DNA from: Candidatus Cloacimonadales bacterium
GTDB lineage: Bacteria > Cloacimonadota > Cloacimonadia > Cloacimonadales > JAFGVF01
Direction of reading: 5' to 3'
DNA length: 64,000 bases
Assembly (NCBI GenBank): GCA_963663475.2
Contig: CAXXJV010000001.1
Location: forward strand, 2,112,001-2,176,000
Below are positions 57,931-64,000 of this stretch, piece after piece. Position 1 is the first letter of the stretch. Each line of letters begins with the position of its first letter. The notes below the pieces were generated by a model. It made no database searches. It was not told where the DNA came from and saw only the letters and a list, made by a program, of their open reading frames with translations. A program made the translations under genes and the position numbers.

Positions 57931-58673
57931 TGCTAAAAAAGTATAAAATTGATCTTCATAACCATACAGTTTTATCTCCGTGTGGGGGCTTAGAAATGTC
58001 CCCTACAGCTCTTTTAGAAAGAGCTAAGGAGTTGGGACTTGATATGATAGCCATAACAGATCATAATAGCTGTAAGAATTGCAAAGCTTATTATGAGTTA
58101 GGCAAGGATTATCAAATAAGTGTAATTCCAGGAGTCGAAATCCAGACTATGGAAGAGATTCATGTTATTGCTTTGTTTCCTGATATTGAAACAGCTGAAA
58201 CTTTCGATAAAATATTATACCAAGCTCTACTTCCTATTGAAAATAATCCAGATTATTTTGGAGATCAAGTCATAGTCGATAAAGATGAAAACATTATTGG
58301 TTTGGAAGAAAGAGCCTTGATAAACTCAGTGATTTGGGATTTTGAAACTACTGTGAATAAGGTTAAAGAGTTTGATTCCATTTGCTTTCCTGCTCATATC
58401 GATGCCCAGGCCAACTCAGTTATCTCTCAGCTAGGTTTCTTGCCTGCAGGTTTGCCTATTGATGGTGTTGGAATCACTGCTAGGTGCGATATAAAGAACT
58501 TTCTAGCCAACAATTCTTACTTAGATGGGATTACTCTTATTAGAAATTCAGATGCCCATTACCTTAATGATATGGGTTCTGGGTCGTGTTTCGCAAGACT
58601 TGAGGATGTTACCTACGCAGAACTAAAACTTGCCTTTGCTAAGCAAGCTAATAGAGAGATTATTCCTGCCTAA
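57930..58673 (+). CDS. PHP-domain phosphoesterase
   Basis: DLHNHT.LSPC, AITDHN, PAHID and NSDAH. Confidence 0.9.
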   Translation: MLKKYKIDLHNHTVLSPCGGLEMSPTALLERAKELGLDMIAITDHNSCKNCKAYYELGKDYQISVIPGVEIQTMEEIHVIALFPDIETAETFDKILYQALLPIENNPDYFGDQVIVDKDENIIGLEERALINSVIWDFETTVNKVKEFDSICFPAHIDAQANSVISQLGFLPAGLPIDGVGITARCDIKNFLANNSYLDGITLIRNSDAHYLNDMGSGSCFARLEDVTYAELKLAFAKQANREIIPA

Positions 58674-58675
58674 AA

Positions 58676-59569
58676 TTACTGATATTTTTTAAATCTTCTT
58701 GATTCTCTTTCTAAGTGAGATTTAAACTTATAGGGAAGACTTAAATTAAATTCTAAGATATTATCTCTAAATGGATGTCTAAAAGATAGATAAGAAGCTG
58801 TTAGAAAAAGACCTTTACCTCTTAATACTAAGTCTGGATTACCATACAATTTATCTCCCAGAATTTGATGGCCAATTGACGCAAAATGCTTCCTAATTTG
58901 ATGAGTTCTTCCTGTATGTAAGCTAATTTCCACAAGACTAAGCTGGCCTGCTTTGAGAGAATTATAATAATTCAAGACTCTATACTCTGTCAGAGCATGT
59001 GTTTTACCGATTGGACTATTAATAACACCTCTTTCAGGTAAATGTCCGATGGCTATAGCAGTATATTTTTTTACCACTTTCCTATCTTGAAATAGTTTAG
59101 AAAGCTCAATTAAAGAATGAGAAGTCTTAGCAATAAGAAGAAGACCTGAAGTTTGATTATCTAATCTATGAACTGGTCTCAACTTCTTCAAACCATCACT
59201 TGTAAGATTTGGCTTAATATTGCTTAATAGCATGTTTTCAATTGTTTTGAATTTATTTCCACTTACATCAACTCCAGCTGGCTTATTTATAACAGCAAGT
59301 GAATCATCTTCATAAATTATCTCTAAATTCCTTTTGTAAGACTTATAAGTAATATTTTCATCTTCAATAAGACTGATTACATCTCCATTACTTACATAGT
59401 CTGCAGTATATGCTCTTGCCTGGTTAAGTAATACATTACCTCGCTTGATAGCTTTAACTAAGGCTTTTCTACTATGAATAAAATCAAACTTACTAAAGTG
59501 GATATCACTCAATCTTTGAGACCCATCTAAATCATTTATTATTATCTCTTCTATTATCTTCATAAACAT
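58676..59569 (-). CDS. RluA-family pseudouridine synthase with an S4 domain
   Basis: INKPAG, VHRLD.QTSG, TGRTHQIR and ILGD.LYG. Confidence 0.93.
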   Translation of the reverse strand: MFMKIIEEIIINDLDGSQRLSDIHFSKFDFIHSRKALVKAIKRGNVLLNQARAYTADYVSNGDVISLIEDENITYKSYKRNLEIIYEDDSLAVINKPAGVDVSGNKFKTIENMLLSNIKPNLTSDGLKKLRPVHRLDNQTSGLLLIAKTSHSLIELSKLFQDRKVVKKYTAIAIGHLPERGVINSPIGKTHALTEYRVLNYYNSLKAGQLSLVEISLHTGRTHQIRKHFASIGHQILGDKLYGNPDLVLRGKGLFLTASYLSFRHPFRDNILEFNLSLPYKFKSHLERESRRFKKYQ

Positions 59570-59690
59570 ACCTATAAAATATTTTTATGTCTGACAGAAT
59601 TAGCAGACATTATTTCTTTATTGACTTATTTTAAGTATTCCTAAATTATGGCAAGATAAATAATAATAAAAAAAAAGTAGGTAAAAAATT

Positions 59691-60890
59691 ATGGATTATA
59701 GCCAAATCTTTTCTCAAAGCACGAGAAATCAAGGTTCGTCAATGATCAGAGAGTTAGTTGCTTCAACAAGAGGAATTGAAGGTTTAATTTCCTTTGCTGG
59801 TGGTTTCCCTTCTCCTAAAACTTTCCCTTGCCAAGAATTAAGTGATTTATATGCTCAAGTTGTTAAAAATGAAGGTTGTGAAGTTCTTCAATATGGGGCT
59901 TCAGAAGGTGACCCTATCTTTAAACAAGCTTTAATAAACTATGAAGCAAAAGCTAATTTAAAACAATCAGAGATTATTACAAGTGTTGGATCAACAAATG
60001 CAATTTATGCTTATGCAAAATGTTTTATTGACCAAGGTGATTATGTTATCTGTGAAGCTCCTAGTTTTCTGGGAACTGTTGTTGCTTTTGAAGCTTTAGG
60101 AGCTAATTTACATGGTGTTGAAGTTGAAGATGATGGAATGAATATGGAACAATTAGAGTTGGATATTCAGAAACTTATAGCAGAAAATAAAAAGATAAAA
60201 TTTATTTATACAATCCCTGAATTTCAAAACCCAACTGGTGTAACTATGTCTAGGGAAAAAAGAGATAAACTAATTGAACTTGCTCTTTTATATGATATCC
60301 CAATCTTAGAAGATAATCCTTATGGTGAACTTCGCTATACTGGTAACAAGATTGATTCAATCTTTGAAATTGCCAGAATGCAAGGAAAGAATATAGTTAC
60401 TTCAGTTAAATCATTCTCCAAAGTTTTAGGACCAGGAATGCGTTCAGCATATATGATGGGAGATGAAATTATTATTGCTAAAGTTGCCCTTTGGCTACAA
60501 AAAATCATAGTTAGTAGTGATTGTGTTACTCAAAGAGTAGTTGCTAGATTACTTGAAAAAGGTATGTTAGCAAAGCAAATTCAAAAGATTTCTGATATTT
60601 ACCAACCTAGTCTTGAGGCAATGTTGAATGCACTTGAAAAGCATATGCCAAAAAGCCTAAAATGGACAAAACCTGAAGGTGGTATGTTTATTTGGATTAC
60701 TCTCCCAGAAGGAATGAGTGGTGATCAATTATTTGAAGATGCGAAAGCTGAAAAAGTATGCTTCATTCCTGGATCTAAATTCTATCCTAAAGGACAAGAG
60801 AAGTATAACGCAATAAGATTAAACTTCACCTTTGCTGACCCTGATACTATCGAAGAAGGTGTCAAAAGATTAGCTAAACTCTTTAAGTAA
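59691..60890 (+). CDS. Class I/II PLP-dependent aminotransferase (LysN/ARO8-like)
   Basis: ISFAGGFP, FQNPTG, EDNPY, SFSK..GPG.R and PEGGMF. Confidence 0.92.
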   Translation: MDYSQIFSQSTRNQGSSMIRELVASTRGIEGLISFAGGFPSPKTFPCQELSDLYAQVVKNEGCEVLQYGASEGDPIFKQALINYEAKANLKQSEIITSVGSTNAIYAYAKCFIDQGDYVICEAPSFLGTVVAFEALGANLHGVEVEDDGMNMEQLELDIQKLIAENKKIKFIYTIPEFQNPTGVTMSREKRDKLIELALLYDIPILEDNPYGELRYTGNKIDSIFEIARMQGKNIVTSVKSFSKVLGPGMRSAYMMGDEIIIAKVALWLQKIIVSSDCVTQRVVARLLEKGMLAKQIQKISDIYQPSLEAMLNALEKHMPKSLKWTKPEGGMFIWITLPEGMSGDQLFEDAKAEKVCFIPGSKFYPKGQEKYNAIRLNFTFADPDTIEEGVKRLAKLFK

Positions 60891-60951
60891 GTATAAACTT
60901 ACTAGTTAATATTTAAATTATATAATAAAGCCCCGTCAAGGGGCTATCTTT

Positions 60952-61494
60952 ATGGAAGGAAATGAGGTGCTTATGAAGATTTCTATTAGAGGGGTGTCAT
61001 GTTCAGGTAAAACAACTTTAGCCAAAAGGTTATCTAAAGAACTAAATATTAAACATATAGAATTAGATGAATGCTACTGGCTACCTAACTGGCAAAATAG
61101 AGAACTTAATGAATTTCTGCAAGTTGTAGAGAAAAAACTAAAAGCTGAATCTTGGGTAATGGATGGTAACTATAGCAAAGTATATAAAGGTTTAAAAGTA
61201 GATTATGATTATCAAGTGTGGTTAGATTATTCTTTTACTAAGATTTTTTATAGATATTGCAAAAGAACTTTTGATAGGGTAGTTTTTAAAAGAAGAGTAT
61301 GCAATGGTAACATAGAAAATTATAAGTCATTGTTTTCTGCTGATAGTTTATTACTTTGGATATTAAAAACTTACTGGAAAAGAAAGTCAGAACTAAAAAT
61401 TTTACAAGCGAATGGTGATAAAAAGTTAATCGTAATAAAAAAAGAAGATGATATTGTCAGAATGATAGAAAATTTAAAAAAGCGAATGAGGTAA
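60952..61494 (+). CDS. Adenylate-kinase-like P-loop protein (FlaR/topology-modulation family)
   Basis: GVSCSGKTT, IELD..YW.PNW and WVMDGNY. Confidence 0.82.
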   Translation: MEGNEVLMKISIRGVSCSGKTTLAKRLSKELNIKHIELDECYWLPNWQNRELNEFLQVVEKKLKAESWVMDGNYSKVYKGLKVDYDYQVWLDYSFTKIFYRYCKRTFDRVVFKRRVCNGNIENYKSLFSADSLLLWILKTYWKRKSELKILQANGDKKLIVIKKEDDIVRMIENLKKRMR

Positions 61495-61500
61495 GCTATC

Positions 61501-62268
61501 TTATCTCATTCTTTTAATTATTTCAAAATTAGTTGTATATCGTAAATATTGATTAGGATTAGGTGAGGATGTAAAAGGCATGTGACAAGGTCTATAAACC
61601 ATCTTACTTTCCTCGAGGGACTTAGCTGTTAAGTGTAACTCCTTAACTCGGCAATGATTGAGTAATTCATCTTTATTATCAGGATTCACTCCCGACCCAG
61701 CCATGATTGATATCCTACCCTTTGATAAGTTTACTAAGTCTCTTATGAGATTCTTTCCCTTAATTGCTGTAGGCTCATGTCCTGAAGTAAGAATCCTATC
61801 AGCACCACTAAATATTATATCTTCAAGTGCCTGAATGGGGTCTTTGGTAAAATCAAAAGCCCGATGAAAAGTTACTTGCATAGGTCTAGCTAATTGCACA
61901 AGTTGAGAAGTTCTGTCTATATCAATATAACCATTTCTTGTAAGAATACCAAATACTACACAATTAGCAGCTAATTCTTTAGCCATGATTATATCTTCTT
62001 TCATAACCAAGAAATCTTCATCAGAATAGCAAAAATCTCCACCTCTTGGTCTAATCATGATGGATAAATCTAGTGAAATATTAGATCTTACAGATTTGAT
62101 AAGTCCATATGAAGGTGTAATCCCTCCTTCTAGTAGATCTGAACATAACTCAAGCCTATCCGCTCCAGCACTTTGAGCAATAATAGCTGATTTTAGAGAA
62201 TCAACACATATTTCTAAAGTAAAGCTTTTCTCAGAGCTTGGACTAGGATTTGAAATCTCATCCTTCAT
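61501..62268 (-). CDS. cutC: Copper homeostasis protein CutC
   Basis: LEICVD, RLELC..L.EGG.TPS, MIRPRGGDF, TFHRAFD and RILTSG. Confidence 0.95.
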   Translation of the reverse strand: MKDEISNPSPSSEKSFTLEICVDSLKSAIIAQSAGADRLELCSDLLEGGITPSYGLIKSVRSNISLDLSIMIRPRGGDFCYSDEDFLVMKEDIIMAKELAANCVVFGILTRNGYIDIDRTSQLVQLARPMQVTFHRAFDFTKDPIQALEDIIFSGADRILTSGHEPTAIKGKNLIRDLVNLSKGRISIMAGSGVNPDNKDELLNHCRVKELHLTAKSLEESKMVYRPCHMPFTSSPNPNQYLRYTTNFEIIKRMR

Positions 62269-62914
62269 TAGGCCACCTTTTTAGATAATAAGCATGATCC
62301 ATAAATTGATAATCTAAGCTACAAGAGTAGTTGAATATTTGGGAAATTTTGGAGAACTCAGTTTGAGAAAGATCTATACTAAAGTCATTCACATATCTTT
62401 TAACCAGGTTAGTTTGTGCTATGAAATCCTCGGAAACATAAGTATCAATCCAAGACTGGTAGGGGTTTCCTGAGACACTATGTTTAGCTATATTTTTACC
62501 ATTCTCCAGATAAAGCCAAAAACAGGGGAGAAGAGAAGTTAGGCCATGTAAGAATTTCTCAGTAGAGATTGTAGAAATTAAAAAAGAGCTATAAGCTAGG
62601 CAGGCAGGTTGCATAAATTCTGTAGCTTCAATATTATACTTTAAAAAGAGGTCTTTTTGAAAGATGTGTTCAAGTTCATAAGACTCAAGAGCAAGTTTAG
62701 CGAATACATCTGATATCTCAGCATTCGGGGCTTTTTGAGAAAGCAGTGTCATTGCTTTAGCATATTGCTTGATATAGATTGCATCTTGTTGTAAGTAGAA
62801 TTTAAAAGCTTCTAATGGTAGATTTCCTGCAGCAAGAGATTTTGAAAATGGATGATTGAAATGTTTTGCAATAATATGACTAGCATTCTGCCATAGAATG
62901 TCTGTAGTTAACAT
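62258..62914 (-). CDS. tenA: Thiaminase II (TenA family)
   Basis: HPF...LA.G.L, F.FYL.QD, LLPCFWLY and Y..WI.TY. Confidence 0.9.
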   Translation of the reverse strand: MLTTDILWQNASHIIAKHFNHPFSKSLAAGNLPLEAFKFYLQQDAIYIKQYAKAMTLLSQKAPNAEISDVFAKLALESYELEHIFQKDLFLKYNIEATEFMQPACLAYSSFLISTISTEKFLHGLTSLLPCFWLYLENGKNIAKHSVSGNPYQSWIDTYVSEDFIAQTNLVKRYVNDFSIDLSQTEFSKISQIFNYSCSLDYQFMDHAYYLKRWPNEG

Positions 62915-62926
62915 TATACTTTCCTT

Positions 62927-63730
62927 TTACCAAAGATTATAGAAGTGATTAACAGGACTTTTACCCTTACCAAGTTTATAAAAAGCTCCATCAGAAATAG
63001 CTTTAGTAATATAATCTTTTGCTTTTTCTACAGCAGAAATAACATCATAATTCTGACCAAGATAAGCAGCAATTGCAGAGGAAAGAGTACAACCAGTTCC
63101 GTGATTATTAATAGTATCAATTCTTTCGGATTCTAGCCAAATAGCTTGCTGATTTTGGGATAAAAATAGGTCTGGAAGCAAGTCATTTTTATAGAAACTT
63201 CCTTTAAGAATAATGTTTTTACAACCAAATGAAAGTAACTTATTACCAGCAGTTAGCATATCTTCCTTGTTAGAAATATTCATATTAGTAAGCACTTGGG
63301 CTTCACTTAAGTTAGGGGTTATGACTTGGGCAATAGGCAAGAGTTTTGCTATGAGTGATTCAATAGCATTATCATGCAAGAGTTTATCTCCTGATTTAGC
63401 CACCATTACCGGATCAAGAACAATTTTCTCAATACCATATTCTTGAATGCAAGTTGCAACTATTTCGATAACTTGCGGACTGCTTAACATCCCAATTTTA
63501 ATGGCATCAGCACCAATATCAGATAAAACAGCATCAATTTGTTCTTTCACAAAGTCAGGGCTAACAGGATAAATACCAGTTACTCCTAAAGTGTTTTGAG
63601 CTGTCAAAGCTGTAATAACAGACATTCCATAACAGCCTAAAGCTGAAAATGTTTTTAAATCAGCTTGAATACCAGCTCCTCCACCGCTATCAGAGCCGGC
63701 AATAGTCAAAAGTCTAGTATATTTTTTCAA
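62927..63730 (-). CDS. thiD: Hydroxymethylpyrimidine/phosphomethylpyrimidine kinase
   Basis: LTIAGSDSGGGAGIQADLK, DPVMVA and HGTGCT. Confidence 0.96.
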   Translation of the reverse strand: MKKYTRLLTIAGSDSGGGAGIQADLKTFSALGCYGMSVITALTAQNTLGVTGIYPVSPDFVKEQIDAVLSDIGADAIKIGMLSSPQVIEIVATCIQEYGIEKIVLDPVMVAKSGDKLLHDNAIESLIAKLLPIAQVITPNLSEAQVLTNMNISNKEDMLTAGNKLLSFGCKNIILKGSFYKNDLLPDLFLSQNQQAIWLESERIDTINNHGTGCTLSSAIAAYLGQNYDVISAVEKAKDYITKAISDGAFYKLGKGKSPVNHFYNLW

Positions 63731-63820
63731 TCATTTCTCCTTGGAAGTAATTTAATCATAAGAATAACAGTAGAATAAGTCTTAAATGTTAATAAGAATA
63801 TTCTACTGTTAATGTAAGTT

Positions 63821-64000
63821 TCAAAGTTTTCCTTTTTGTATTTGGTCGCGAAGATTTATACTTGCCTGACGTGGGGAATCTGCAGAACATATTGCAGAGA
63901 CTACAGCAATTCCGTCAGCACCAGCTTTAATAATATCACTTGTATTATGGATATTAACTCCTCCAATTGCTACAAGTTTATGTTTAGAAAAGCTTTTAAT
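63821..64000 (-). CDS. thiE: Thiamine-phosphate synthase, 3' part (gene begins beyond the window)
   Basis: Minus-strand translation ...KLVAIGGVNIHN...KAGADGIAVVSAICSA...GKL*; lies upstream of thiD. Confidence 0.88.
   Translation of the reverse strand: MKSFSKHKLVAIGGVNIHNTSDIIKAGADGIAVVSAICSADSPRQASINLRDQIQKGKL

Noticed and set aside
63731-63820. TPP riboswitch between thiE and thiD
   Set aside because: No conserved CTGAGA/TPP core is visible; the operon leader lies outside the window

Overview
AT-rich bacterial chromosome segment using the standard code (TGA acts as a stop). Heptose/LPS genes, outer-membrane barrels, a Bat operon and an [FeFe]-hydrogenase-like regulatory cluster point to an anaerobic diderm. 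The content is reminiscent of Ca. Cloacimonadota or FCB relatives, but that is inference only. The first ~4.7 kb looks like the end of an accessory island: a partial defence-like ORF, a HEPN-motif protein, and a peptidase M15 pseudogene split by an intact IS21-family element with a 5-bp GAGAT target duplication. Three identical tandem tRNA-Asn genes follow. The rest is mostly housekeeping: der-plsY-purF-hldA/hldC-rseC-folB-folK::glmU-HIT-lytR_C-rsfS-argS, moxR-DUF58-bat, alpha-2-macroglobulin-pbpC, trpS, secG-tRNA-Leu, purA, ftsB, a malK-type ATPase, SRAP, pepT, a DRTGG/kinase/FeFe/PHP cluster, rluA, an aminotransferase and thiE-thiD-tenA-cutC. The most notable oddities are: (1) a tRNA-Leu with the rare A34 anticodon AAG at the secG locus; (2) a 1.4-kb composite element (29.3-30.7 kb) with a 36-bp hairpin whose mismatches are all G-U on one strand, a basic orphan ORF and palindromic/tandem repeats; (3) a ~60-70-bp intergenic repeat dispersed at five sites; (4) a PBP1C-linked macroglobulin that has lost its thioester motif; (5) a FolK-GlmU fusion with an internal RBS; and (6) an ArgRS with NIVS in place of HIGH and a Lys-rich tail.
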